From positions 4,866,123 through 4,930,122 of the forward strand of contig MU053557.1 in assembly GCA_013239625.1 (NCBI GenBank): a DNA stretch of 64,000 nucleotides. Reading direction: 5' to 3'. Within the stretch, counting starts at the first letter, position 1. The number at the start of each line of letters is the position of its first letter. The translations under genes were made by a program, and so were the position numbers. Shown one piece after another: positions 1 through 11,725 of this stretch. The DNA comes from Lama guanicoe. Its lineage: Eukaryota. The notes below the pieces were generated by a model. That model worked only from the letters and a program-made list of their open reading frames with translations, did no database searches and was not told the DNA's origin.

Positions 1-2800
1 TAATCTCAGATTTCCATCTACCCCTAAATAGTTCCTTTTCCATGTATGAAGCTAGAGTTGGGGGCCATTGGTCAGAGGGGCCTCCAGGAAATTTCCTTCC
101 AAACCTGTTCTTTCGCTGATGGCGCCTGGGTGTGCTGGGAAGGGAAGGTGGCCACTTCTGCTCTTGGAACTTAGAGCTACTCAGAAGACCCCCTATGAAA
201 GACAGGCAAGCACAGCAGAGATAATGGTGGCCGAGGGCCCGAGAAACAGCCTCCCTGAGGTCTGGAAAATATCAGCAGGCTCAGCCCAAGGCTTCTGAGG
301 ACGCAGCAGCAGCCCAGACTCATCTCAATTCCTCAGGGCCCGGCAGCTCAGTCAGGCCCCATGAAGACCAGGGCTCTGGTCACAGGGCCCCCCAGAATCC
401 TCTGATAGGGGTTATCTTTGTTCCTTTCAGGCAAGGGCACTGACTGGTGGAAGCCACCCCTGCATCCCTGATGCTAAAGGAACAAGCACCCCAGAGAGGG
501 GCCTCCTGTGGACCCAAGGAGGGCTGGCAGCAGGGGCCCTGGACACAGAACTGTGAGTGCTCCCCACCTCTGCTCATCGGCACATACACTCCTGCAATAA
601 CCCTATGCCTCAGGATAATCTCCCCATCCCAACACTCAGAATGACCAAGAAACCAGGCCTCAGAAAGGAAGAGTTGAAGGAAGGCCCTGCTGATTGATGG
701 GGTGCAAGCAAGTCGGGACCATACGGCCTGGGTTGTAGGTGAAAAAAAAAATGGAACCAAAGAAAGGAAAACCCACCAGGAGCCAAGAATCCACCCTATG
801 CTCCCTACAAACAAACAACGCAGAGACTGAGCTCTATGAAGAACAAAGGATTTGAAGGAGCCGTGGAGGGGGATGGTAATTTTCCCTGGAAAGGAGTAAA
901 TTGGGTCATACTCTTGAAACAGCTAGACGTGGGGTGGTGTGTGCCCAGGTGCACAGTGCTTGGAACATGGTAAAGCTATAGAAACAGTAGCAGTTGTTCT
1001 TACTGTCCGTTACCTTCTTCCCCACCTACCAGTTGTTAGTGGAACAGACAGGATAAGGGACCAACTCCAAAAGACAGGTGGAAAAACTGAGGCCCAGGGA
1101 GGTGAAGGAACTCCATGCAGAGTCAAGCAGACAGTCAATTGCAGAGAGGCGTTCTGGCACCAGATCTCATGAGGATGGAAAAAGAGGAGGAAGATTTGGA
1201 AGTGAGCATGGGAGGCAAGCCTCCGACAAGGAGCAGACACGCCAGGGACATGAGGCGAGGCCCAGGCCTGGTTTATATAACAAATCACACCTGTTCATCT
1301 CTGCATGCACCACACGTGTGTGCAAACGTGCGCCCCAGCACAGCACACGCACCCGGCCCTCATTCACTAGCAAATGAGCCTTGAAGATTGGGCCCAAACA
1401 AATTGGATTAGGAGGGCTGCAGGCGCCTCCTCCCCCGCGCTGTCGGGCTCCGACACTGAGCAGGCCTACAGAGCTGCCAGCTGCGGTCTCTCACCACGCT
1501 GACAGGACAGTCGGTCCTCAGCCCCCTTGCCCCGCCCCCTGGGCCCCAGGAAGGGGCCGGGGTCTGAGAGGATGCCATGATGATGGATGGGCTGAGGGAG
1601 GTTCCAGGATTAGCTCAAGAGCACACAGGATGTTCATGCTTGTGCGAGGCTCATTTCTGAGCTGTTCCCAGCAACCCACCCCCAGCTCCCCTCCCACCCT
1701 CCCCTCCTGCAGCCCTTCCCACGGTCACTGCTGCCAGAGCCCAGAGCTCAGGGCGCGACAGATCTACCCCTCATCACTCAGTCTCACAGCTGGGCTGAGA
1801 AGGGACTGGTCAGCTCAAGAGACAGTGGCCTGGGGCTGAAAAGTACGTGGGTACTTTAGAGGGAAAAAGGAATTTGTGAACAGAAAGACAACACCATCGT
1901 AAAGGTGGCATCTCAGCGCTTTCTTATCCAGTTTTGTTTAATCCTCAGAATGTGCCTGGGAGTTAGGAGATTGTGCCCATAGTACAGATGTGACTACTGA
2001 GGTTCATTCATTGTGAAACCACAACCTTCCTTTCCTAAGCCCTGAGTCTCTGCCGGGCCCTATGTGGGGCCCTGGGGAACCAATGTGAATGACTTACAGC
2101 CTCTGCCCCCACTGCTTTACATAACAGTCGCCTTTGAGCTGGGTCATTGGGACTGGAGCCCCCTGGTCCTCTGGGGGAGCAGCCCCAGCAGAATCCCTTT
2201 TCCATGAGGCATACATGAGTGGTTGCAGATTATCACCAAGAGGCACCTTAGCAATCAGTCCATTTAGAACACAGAACTTGAAGTCAGGTAGCCCCAAGTT
2301 CAAATCCAGCCTTGCTCCCTTTTTAGTTAGATAGCTGTGGTCCAGTTCCTTAGCCTCTTGAAGCCTGTTTTCCCTTCTGTAAAATGGAGTTGCAACAGCT
2401 CCCACCTCATGGGACTGAATGGGTGGATCAATTCGTGTTTCCCATGCCCATTTTGACACAGGGGGAAACAAGGGCATGAAAAGGGAAAGGGCTTGACCAG
2501 GGTCACATTATGAGTTAGGGGTTAAGACAAAACCAGATAGATCCCTTCCCCCCCCCCCACCCCCCTACCCCAGTATAAATCCTCCCCACCTGCTCCACCC
2601 TACACAGCCCAGAGGCCACGACAGTTGTTCAGGTTGTACAGGCGACTACTGGGACATATCCTGGGTCCTGCCCTCCACCTATAGCCCTGCTCTGGCCTGT
2701 GCAGTACCAGAGTCCCAGGTGACCAACGGTGGCCCCCAGCCCTCACTCAAGCTGGAGGGTGGGGGCACACAGCAGCAGGCTCCCAGCCCGAGCAGCCTGG

Positions 2801-2810
2801 CCATATAAGG
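2801..2810. promoter_or_regulatory. CArG box (SRF/myocardin site) CCATATAAGG in the upstream enhancer of miR-143/145
   Basis: Perfect CC(A/T)6GG, 3.8 kb upstream of miR-143. SRF-dependent CArG control of this cluster is established. Confidence 0.8.
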
Positions 2811-3855
2811 AAAGGAGTCAGGAAGGTCTCCTCTCTCAGGCCTGGCGAGAAAATCCAGACAGCCACTGTTTATTTTCTCCTTCCCAGCCTCCCCAGAGCT
2901 TCCCGGCAGAAGACAGAGGTCCCCCCAGCTAAGCGACATTTCCTGAAGACAGTGGGGAACAGAGAGGGAAAACAGCCCCTCCTCGGGCAGCAGCCCCCAC
3001 AACTGCAGACAGCCAGAGGCAGGTAATATTCTGCCAGGTCAGACGCTGAAGCCACCCGTTCAACTGCCTCCTTCGACAGAAAGAGAAATGGAGCAACAGA
3101 GAGGAGAAGGGCTCGTGAGAAGTCTTCCGAGTGACCCCCCTGCTAACTGGAGACCCAGAGTGAGAAGGAGCCTCTCACGGGGTAAGTGGAACAGGAGAGC
3201 CATCCACCGCCTTCTTAGTGAGGTCTCATTGGAAGGAGACCGGGGATCAGGGCTAATGCAGCCTGCCTGCCCAGCTGGCACGCAAGACTCTAGGGAAGGG
3301 TGCCTGGGGCCAGGGAACCAGGAGGAAACCCTTCCTGCACTTCTGGCCTCCTCCCAATGCAGCTGCACCACCTCCTCCTCCAGGATGCCCTCCCAAGCCC
3401 CCCAGGGGCGAGAACCTCTTTGTCCTCTAAGCCCTTGGCAGTCCTTTCTCAGGCTCTCTGTTGTGCAGCTGGTGTCATGCACCTTGCCAGGGGCATTTTC
3501 CTTCTACCTCAGTACTGCTCTCCTCCAGGGTAAGGATCACATCAGATTCAGGCCTGTCTCCCCTTGGCACACAGAAGAAGCACTCGGTTTGCTGAAAGGA
3601 CAGGTGAAATGCTTAGACCCTGTCCCCAATCCCAGAGAACTGGTAAGTCAGTCAGTGGATGAGACATGCAGCATGGAGTTTAAAAATAAGGGTCCTGGGT
3701 CAGCTGTTCTGCTAGGAATCCCAGCTGGGCTCCTAGCTCCATGCCCTTGGAAAATCCCCTGCCTATGGAACCTTGGGGATGCATGAGGATTAGCACAATT
3801 AAAACATTCAATAAATGACAATTCTTATTACCATCAGCATCACTATGATTTTTCT

Positions 3856-4071
3856 AGATACAAAAGAACAGAACTAAGCAGCCTATAGCCAAGGATATGG
3901 AGGCAAATACCTTCCCCAGTCAAAGGTCTCAACCCCTGTCCCCATGAAAGAGTTTCCCACAGGAGATACAAAAGAACAGAACTAAGCAGCCTATAGCCAA
4001 GGATATGGAGGCAAATACCTTCCCCAGTCAAAGGTCTCAACCCCTGTCCCCGTGAAAGAGTTTCCCACAGG
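3856..4071. repeat. Tandem duplication, 2 x 108 bp, one mismatch
   Basis: Copies at 3856-3963 and 3964-4071 differ only at CCCCATG versus CCCCGTG. Confidence 0.95.
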
Positions 4072-6179
4072 AGCGTGAGACTGCCTCCCATCCACTTCCT
4101 GTTTCTACACCCAGGAGAGCTGCTATCTTAGCGGCAATATTCTGAGTCCAGTGGGGTGTGCTGGAAATAGCCGTCCATTCCCCTGGTTCAGGCCAGGCTG
4201 TGACCTGGAACTGTCTCCTCCCCTTCCTGGCCTTCTATGTGGAGGTGATAAGGTTCCCCTGCCAAACAACCGACCGCCCAGCTGTTGTGCAGATGAAATG
4301 TGAGGGGCAGTTTTTCAAAAGGCAGGCGCTCAGGTGCCCCTTTTCTTATTTTTGCCGTATCTGCAAGCAATTACAATATTTTAAAATTTAAGATGAGTCC
4401 TTTTTAATACCTAAGTATAAATGGCTACTGTAAAAGGGAAACTAGAACACTATCCATGATTAGGAAATAATACAGTTAAGACTAAAGACCGTAGAAGTGC
4501 AACAGTGTTCTTACTCTTTCCCCTGGTACTGTGGCTTGCAAGACCCTGGGCCTGAAGGAGACAGACAGGAGCCAGAAAAGTGTCAGAGACAGGATAGCAC
4601 CCAACTGAGGCTCTCTTCCCCAGGGAAGCAGAAGGCCTGCAAGCAGTCTTCCAAAGTTAGCACTCAGGCCACATACTCCGCAAAATCGCTTGCTCCCCTT
4701 GTTGTGCTGCATTTAGGATGCCAAGGGTGGTCAGGAGAAAGACCTTTGCAAAGAGTCCCACACCAAGGAATGCAGGAGGCTGGCCTTACCAGCTTGCCTC
4801 CCAGCAGCAAATGATCGCTTTTTCAGGACAACCCTCCCCAGCTTCTTACTGAAAGCTCCATGTTGGCCAAGACAAGTGTTTTCTCTGCAGGGCTAGTGGG
4901 AGACATCTGAGAGCGGACTAGACAGGCTGTGGCCTGCCCAGGAGCCCTCAAGGTGGATCCTGATGTTGGAATCACTCCCCAGCCAAATGAAGTTTGGAAA
5001 GAGTTCCTATGCAAGAATTACCATATTAGAGGAAGGCAGTTCTTTGGGTGGGAATACCTCAGGAAGGGGCTGTCCCTCTCAGCAGGCCACTGGGCCTGAT
5101 CTGCCCCAAGTGGCAGACCAGAGGAAAACACTCTTCAGATAGGGGCCTGATTTCAAATTTCTGCCAGAGGCCTAAGAGACACTATTTTGTAAGGAGATAT
5201 ATGTTTTCCTGCTCTCTCCTAGCCGGAGAAAAGGCTGCCAAGATGGCAGTATATGTCATCCAGCATTAAGGCCACCACAGATGGCATCAGCAATGCAGGA
5301 GGGTCCTCTGGGGGTGCCCTGAGATCTTGGTAGGGCAGGAGAAGTGTAGACAGGGCTCTGCCTGCCCACTCAGAGTTTCCCACCCAAGCCATGTCCTGAG
5401 AGGAAAATGAAATATTTACATGGCCAATCATCCACCAAGTGGCATTCTCTGGGGCCCACTATCACGTACAAAGGTCTCCACAAGGCCGAGGGACCTCACC
5501 ATTAACAAGTGTGGGTACTATCCTCAGGGAACTGGAGATTTACCCCAAGTCAGACCCAGATGCAAATAGCTTTGACACTGGAGAGAATGTGATTGAAGAA
5601 TACGATTCAGCCACTCAGACAATGTATATTATATGTCTACCATCACAAGTGTGGTAAAGGATTAGGAAGAGGGCACAGAATGTGTACGGACATGGACCAA
5701 GGTCTCCTGGTGTCTGAGGGACTCAGAGAGGGCTTCCCAGAAGAAGAGGCCATTTGAGTAGAGACTCAGCCCACCCAGAGGAGACAGGCAGGAGAATCAT
5801 GGGGAGCAGTTTGGTACCTGGGAGCCCTGAGGTGGGGGGCACAGGGCTCCCTGGAGGAGAAAGGGGGCAAGGGGCCAAGAGGAAGAGGCCAGATGGAGTG
5901 GACCTCGTAGCTTTTGGTGAGGGTTTCAGAATTTAGCCAGAGAGCAATGGGAGACCTTTCAGCATCTTAAGCCTGGGTGAGACATAGGCATATTTGCATT
6001 TTGAGATATCACTGTGTGAGGATGGCTGGGAAATTACTGGGAGTAGAAGCAGGGAGACCAGGTAGGAGACTGAAGCAAACATTTGCTGATTAAAATATAA
6101 AGTACCATGAATGTGCTCTTTGGCTGGGATGCATCAAGCATAAAGATAGAATGTGGGGTCAAAAAGGTACACTGTCCTG

Positions 6180-6410
6180 TTGGCTGGCTCTATTTACTGA
6201 TATGTCTAGAATAGGCAGCTCCACAGAGACAGCAGGTGATGGGAGGCTGGGAGGGGTTATTTGGTGAGAGGGTTCTTTTGGAGCAATGAAATGTTCTAAC
6301 ATGGACTGTGGTGATGGTGACACCACTTTGTGAATGGATTAAAAACCATTTAATTGTACATTTTAACTAGGTGAATTATAGCTCAATAAAACTGTTTTTT
6401 AAAAAAAGAA
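6180..6410 (+). mobile_element. Old L1 (L1M-type) 3' end fragment
   Basis: Typical L1 3' UTR motifs (ggtgatggtgacaccactttgtgaat...ctcaataaaactg) followed by an A-rich tail. Confidence 0.65.
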
Positions 6411-6599
6411 ACAAACAAAGAAAAGGAAGGTTGAGGCTTGGTTCCAGAGGGCTCAAGTACCAGGCTGAGGACAGGAAACACATCCTGGGTAGTTACAGCA
6501 GTTTCTGGAGCAAGAGCTGGAGGGTGGAGCTGAGGCCCCTCTAACGCCCGTTCTCCTGCCTAGGATGGACTCCCTGCCATCAGCCCCCCGCACAGAGCA

Positions 6600-6705
6600 G
6601 CGTGGCGCCCTGTCTCCCAGCCTGAGGTGCAGTGCTGCATCTCTGGTCAGTTGGGAGTCTGAGATGAAGCACTGTAGCTCAGGAAGGGAGAAGTTGTTCT
6701 GCGGC
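6600..6705 (+). ncRNA. MIR143: pre-miR-143 hairpin (5p arm 6626-6647; mature 3p UGAGAUGAAGCACUGUAGCUC 6660-6680)
   Basis: Exact match to the known mature miR-143-3p and miR-143-5p sequences, with complementary arms. Confidence 0.98.
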
Positions 6706-7433
6706 CGGCCAGCAGCCTGGAAGCGGTAAGTGGTAGAGGTGCTTGCAGGCACCAGGAAAGGACGGGAATGTTTTCAGTCTCCATCTTGTCAGCTGAGGAA
6801 GTTCCTGGACTCAAGTTCTACCTGTGCCACGATCTGCTTTGTGATTCTGGGCAAGTGCCGACTCCTCTGTGTACCCCAGTTTGCCCAGCTGTAAAACGAG
6901 GTGTTGCAGCACTCACTGGTGGCTATTACTCAGCACCCTGACTCTGCTTTCTCTTTCTGAACCCAGGGTGGACACTACTAATCAGTCAAGGCATCCTCTC
7001 TTGAAGCATTCAGTTGCTTCAGAATCCTTCTCAACACTAAGTTCTAGAGAGCTAGAACCCAGTTTCAAAGCTGAAACCCAGTCATCATCTGTGCATTGGA
7101 CAATTCCTAAAAATCCTTTCAGTGCTAAAGACAAAAGTCCTGGGCTTTGAGTTAGGTTCTTCACTCTTTGAGGTATTGCCTAAACTAATCCAGGCATCTC
7201 CCAAATACCTCACCTCTCTCAGGGGCTTCAAATAAGCAAGGAGCAGCACAGGAAAATTACTGGGCTAAGCACAATTTTGTTTTATTTTTTAACAAGTTTG
7301 GGAGGTGGGCAGTGTTACTGACCCATTTTCCAGATAAGAAAACTGAGGCTGTTAGGTAACTCACCCAAGATCACACATTGACTGTGTTGAGCCAGAGTTG
7401 TAGCCTAATCTATCTGCCTTCAGATCTACATTC

Positions 7434-7522
7434 TTTTTTTTTTTTAAGTGGGGATACTGGGGATTGAACCCAGGACCTCATGAGTGCTAAGCATGCACTG
7501 TACCACTGAGCTATACTCCCCC
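7434..7522 (-). mobile_element. tRNA-derived SINE (camelid Vic-1-like)
   Basis: Reverse complement has A/B-box-like tRNA head and poly-A tail. TSD ccttcagatc(ta/ca)..attctt at 7417-7435 and 7521-7539. Confidence 0.85.
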
Positions 7523-8151
7523 TTCAGATCCATATTCTTACCGACTACATGTGACTTAGGAACCTGGGGATGGGGGAGCAGGAGGAGAACATAACAAATC
7601 CTGCTCCGGTCTTGTCCTTATATCTTGGGTCACTTTTAGCAAAGACAGACCCAAACACTTTCCATCAATCCTATGGACTTCCTTCCTCCTACTCCTCTTT
7701 CCCCATAACTTTATTTATCTCACTTTATCCCGTAGGTCCTATACTGTCCCATTTTATAGTTGGGGAAAGCTGAGGTTAAGTGACTTGCTGTAGATCACCA
7801 GCAAGGAAATTGCCAAACAGAGACTTGGAACCAGATTTGTCCAGTTAGTTTAGAGTGAAACCCTCCCTCTGGCTGAAGACTCAGGAATACACAGGACCCA
7901 TGGCAATCATGGGGAGGTGGGGGGGGGGAGTTACCAGATGGTTTCTAGTTGACAACATGGCCTTTGACTACAGGGAAGGTACTTTCCAGGACACTTGAAG
8001 TTCCAGTCACTACTACTCCCGGAGCAATCTCATCCACATCCCGAGATACATGGCACCCACGCTGGCTTCTGCAGATGGGGCTGGATGCAGAAGAAAACTC
8101 CAGCTGGTCCTTGGGGACATGGCAGGGCCTTGGTGCTGACGGCCACTCTCT

Positions 8152-8239
8152 CACCTTGTCCTCACGGTCCAGTTTTCCCAGGAATCCCTTAGATGCTAAG
8201 ATGGGGATTCCTGGAAATACTGTTCTTGAGGTCATGGTT
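8152..8239 (+). ncRNA. MIR145: pre-miR-145 hairpin (mature 5p GUCCAGUUUUCCCAGGAAUCCCU 8167-8189; 3p 8205-8226)
   Basis: Exact match to the known precursor; ~1.45 kb downstream of miR-143, as in the conserved cluster. Confidence 0.98.
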
Positions 8240-8583
8240 CAACAGCTGGATTCGCCTCCTTCCCACCCCAGAATTGTCCCTATGGGGCTTTGGCTCAAGC
8301 ACAGCATGAGGTCAAGTGGAAGGCCATGTGCTGGAGGTAAGAGGGTTGCGGACTGTATTCTTGACCTTTAAGTTGCTTTTCTTTCCATTTTCTCCATTTC
8401 GTAACATCCTGTGAGTCTGGAATTGGAAGTTCACCACTGTCCTGCTCTTGGGAAATGTGTCCAGGCACTCAGCTGAGCAGTGGTTGAACCAGGACACGGT
8501 GAAGCATGTGTTCTGCCTCCACCCCACCCCACTTCCCAGCATGCCAAGCAGTAGGGGTCACAAGTATCAAATCAATTATTATC

Positions 8584-8597
8584 AATAAACAAATAAA
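8584..8597 (+). terminator. Tandem AATAAA polyadenylation signals downstream of miR-145
   Basis: AATAAA at 8584-8589 and 8592-8597, followed by T-rich sequence; another AATAAA at 9928-9933. Confidence 0.45.
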
Positions 8598-9443
8598 TGT
8601 ACATGAATTTATTTTTAAAAGTTTACTAAATTAGTTAGGTAAACTAAAAAAACACAAGTGTTCTTTTGATTTGGAATGCAGCCACAGAAAAATGAAAAAT
8701 GTTTCCATTGAGGTGGAGAAGACAAAAAAGCTTAGAGTGCCCTCTTGTGGTGATGCCTGCCTCCACCCAGTCCAGGAACAGTAGGGCTCACTTCTAGACA
8801 CACATATACACACATACGCACGCAAGCACGTGCTGAGATTCCTTTTGCCGCCCCAGGCCCTTCTGAGCCAGTGACTGCTTAAGCCCCATTCATCACCTCA
8901 TTACAAATATTGCCTCCATAACTTACTTTAATTTGCAGCACCTGGCTTCAACTGCAAAGCTCCTGAAGGTCAGTGGGATGGTGAGGTTCAGAGAGGTGAA
9001 GTGACTAGCCCGAGATCATCCAGACAGCATAAGGCTGAGCCAGAACTGATTCCAAGTTCACTGGCTTGTGCCAATTCCTTAGCCAAAAGTAAAAACAGAA
9101 AAAATTTTTTAAAAAAAGGAAGACCATCTAAATAGACATGGAAAACGTTAACTGATTAAATGCCAGAGACCTGAAGTGGTCCAGGTGCAACACTAGAACT
9201 TTAAACAAACCTAGTGCTTTTCATGAAGTTGGTAGAGACAGTAAGAACCATGGCTCCAGGATCCTCACCTTGGGGTCTGATCACCACATTCCCACAGACC
9301 AGGTGGCTCCCACACATGTCTTCCTAAGAGGCCACATTGAAGATGTTTATGAAGTATGAGCTCCCCCTCCCCCTCATCCACAGAGACTGGAGCCAACCTG
9401 ACCAAGAAGAAATCTGATTTGCTCCAAATAATACTATTTTTGT

Positions 9444-9561
9444 GGGGAGGGTAGAGCTCAAGTGGTAGAGTGCATGCTTAGCATGCACAAGGTCCTAGGT
9501 TCGATCCCCAGTACCTCCTCTAAAAAATAATTTAAAAACCTAATTACCTCCCCCTCACCAA
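9444..9561 (+). mobile_element. tRNA-derived SINE (Vic-1-like)
   Basis: AGCTCAAGTGGTAGAG...GGTTCGATCCCC head; TSD aaataatactat at 9426-9437 and 9562-9573. Confidence 0.88.
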
Positions 9562-10020
9562 AAATAATACTATCTTCCACTCACTGAGTATTTACAACTT
9601 ACAGAGCACTGTACTAAACACTTTCACAGGCACTGTCTCATTCAATCCTCACTACAACCCAGTGAGGTAGGTTCTGTCATTTACTCCTTTTCAGACGAGG
9701 CAGCCAAGGCCCAGAGAGGTAAGAGAACTGCCTAAGATCACACAGCTAATAAGTTGTGGAGCTGGGTCAAATCAAGTCTCTGTTTACACTTGTTACCTGC
9801 CCTTGCCCCCTTTCTCCCATTTGGCCTGGCCTGGCAGGTAGGGCTATCCCTGTGACTTCCCCAGGCGGAGAGGGTAAAACAAGCCTTCAGTGAAATCAAA
9901 GTGGTTCCTCCTGTGTTCTGTGACTATAATAAAGTGCTGGACCCTTGACTTGTGTCCTGTTACTTCCTGGGAGCATGGGGGGAGGGGAGGAGGTGAAGGC
10001 ACGGAAAGCACCTAACAGCC

Positions 10021-10356
10021 TGTATCAATCAGCTAAGGCTGCCATAACTAAGCACCACAGATGGTGGCTTAAACACTAGAATTTTATTTTAGCATAGTTC
10101 TAGAGGCTGGAAGTCTAACATCAACGTGTTAGCTGGGTTGGTTTCCTCTGAGGCCACTCTCTTGGCCTTGTAGATGGCTGTCTTCTCCCTGTGTCTTAAT
10201 CTCTTCTTATAAGAACACCAGTCTTGTTGGATAAGGCCCCACCCACATGACCTCATTTAACTTTAATTGTCTCTTTAAAGACCCTGTCTCCAAATGCGGT
10301 CACATTCGGAACTACTGGGAGTTAAGACTTCATGAATTTGAGGGGGTAACGGCCCC
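10021..10356 (-). mobile_element. MaLR solo LTR (MLT1-type)
   Basis: Characteristic ggctgccataac..accacaga..ggtggcttaaac..tagaggctggaagtc..gacctcatttaac..ggtcacattc motifs. Confidence 0.8.
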
Positions 10357-10849
10357 AGCTGGTGTAACCCTCCATGCCTTTACGCTGCCGGACGTTCCCA
10401 GGGGCCGGCCTGATAGCAATCAGGACCCCACTCAGGATAGTCAGAGCCCGGGAAGCTGTCACGGTGTGTGGGAACGCCAGCTGTGGCAGGTCGGGGGGAC
10501 AGTGCCACGAGATGAGGTCCCTTAGGGTGGGACCAGGACGCAGGCTGAGGAGACCTCGGGCCTCGCCACACGGCAGCCGCTCCCCTTCAGTCCCCAAGGT
10601 GTCGCTGACCAGGACGAGCGGGCAGGACAGTCTGAAATCACACCTCACACAGGTGTCGGCGTTCAGAGTGAACTAACACTCACTGCAGCACAGGCCTCAT
10701 GCCCAACACCTGGGGACATTTTAAACACAATTACCCCACCTTTAGCTTGAGCCTCCAAACTCGGCTACATTGTGAGGAGAAAACCCCAACAAACTGACCA
10801 ACAGGCTCTTACATGACGATTCCCAGATGCCCAAGGCCTCCCCTCGTCT

Positions 10850-11720
10850 CCCCTTTGCTCCCCAGAACAAGGCCCGCGCGCCGGCCCTTCACTGCTGAGG
10901 GGCCGCGGGTCGCACACAGGCCGCGGCCGCCCGGGAGCCGCAGGGCGGGCGGAAGAGGCCGGACGGCCCGCCAGCTCCTCTCGCCGCGCCGCCGCCGCGC
11001 CGCCGCCGCCCCGCAGCCCCCGGCGACGCACCCCGGTCTTGCTCAGCTTCGCCACAGATCCCAGTCAGGCCCTGGGGCCTTCTCGAAACTCACAGGCCTT
11101 GTCCTGCTGAGTTCCTTCTAGAACTCTCTCCCCACACCCCCGGGGAGCTCGCGCTAAGACGCGGCTTCCTGACCCCCACAGGCGGGTTCCACGCGGCGGG
11201 CCGAGAATCCCAGGCCCAACAGCCAATCCCCAGCACAGGGAGCGTCGCCTCTACTCACCTCAGCGCAGCTCCGCGCCAGCCGGCACTGGGGGCCGCGTGC
11301 GCCTGGCGCTGGGGCCGCGGCGGGGGACGCGACAGCCAGAGAACTCGGCCTGGTGACGACGACTCCCTCGCACACACGAAGCTGCGAGATCCTGCCCTCC
11401 TCTTCCAGGATGTCAGCGATGAGACCATTTGTGCACACAGCCCTGACGTAGTAACACTTTCAAATACATCTCATGTGCCGAGGGCCTCCTTTCTGTGGGG
11501 AGAAGAAACTGGCTCCCCTGACAAGTCTGGTGACGGAGTCCTAGGACGAGGCCCAGGCTCTTTGGGCAGTGGGGGTCTGCACCTCCTTTTCCTGACAGGA
11601 CATCCCGCACGGGGTCCCTCCTGGAGGAACGTCCAGGGAGAGGCGCGATACCCGCCGGGGGAGGTGCTGCCCTCTTGTGGCCGTACCTGGAAGTACAGAC
11701 CACAAGAGGGCAGCGCCTCT
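10850..11720. promoter_or_regulatory. CpG island
   Basis: Dense CpG and (GCC)n run at 10985-11010 against a CpG-depleted background. Confidence 0.85.
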
Positions 11721-11725
11721 TGTGG
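11661..11725. promoter_or_regulatory. Inverted pair of CTCF-consensus motifs
   Basis: GCTGCCCTCTTGTGG (11666-11680) and CCACAAGAGGGCAGC (11700-11714) closely fit the CTCF core consensus. Confidence 0.65.

Larger units (their letters stand above)
1..8600 (+). ncRNA. CARMN: 3' part of the miR-143/145 host lncRNA / primary transcript (boundaries approximate)
   Basis: Inferred from the two miRNAs, synteny with CSNK1A1, splice signals around miR-143 and AATAAA at 8584/8592. Exon structure is not established from sequence. Confidence 0.5.

Noticed and set aside
3088..3786. 232-aa ORF, and similar long ORFs at 34133-34918, 34618-35208 and 33012-33548
   Set aside because: No recognisable domain; composition typical of GC-rich non-coding DNA or overlapping repeats.
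3856..4071. CRISPR-like or coding repeat
   Set aside because: Simple two-copy duplication without spacers in a mammalian genome.
9444..9520. tRNA-Ala-like sequences (also near 7450, 28454, 41480 and 45932)
   Set aside because: They have A-rich tails, TSDs and diverged stems, so they are SINE copies, not tRNA genes.
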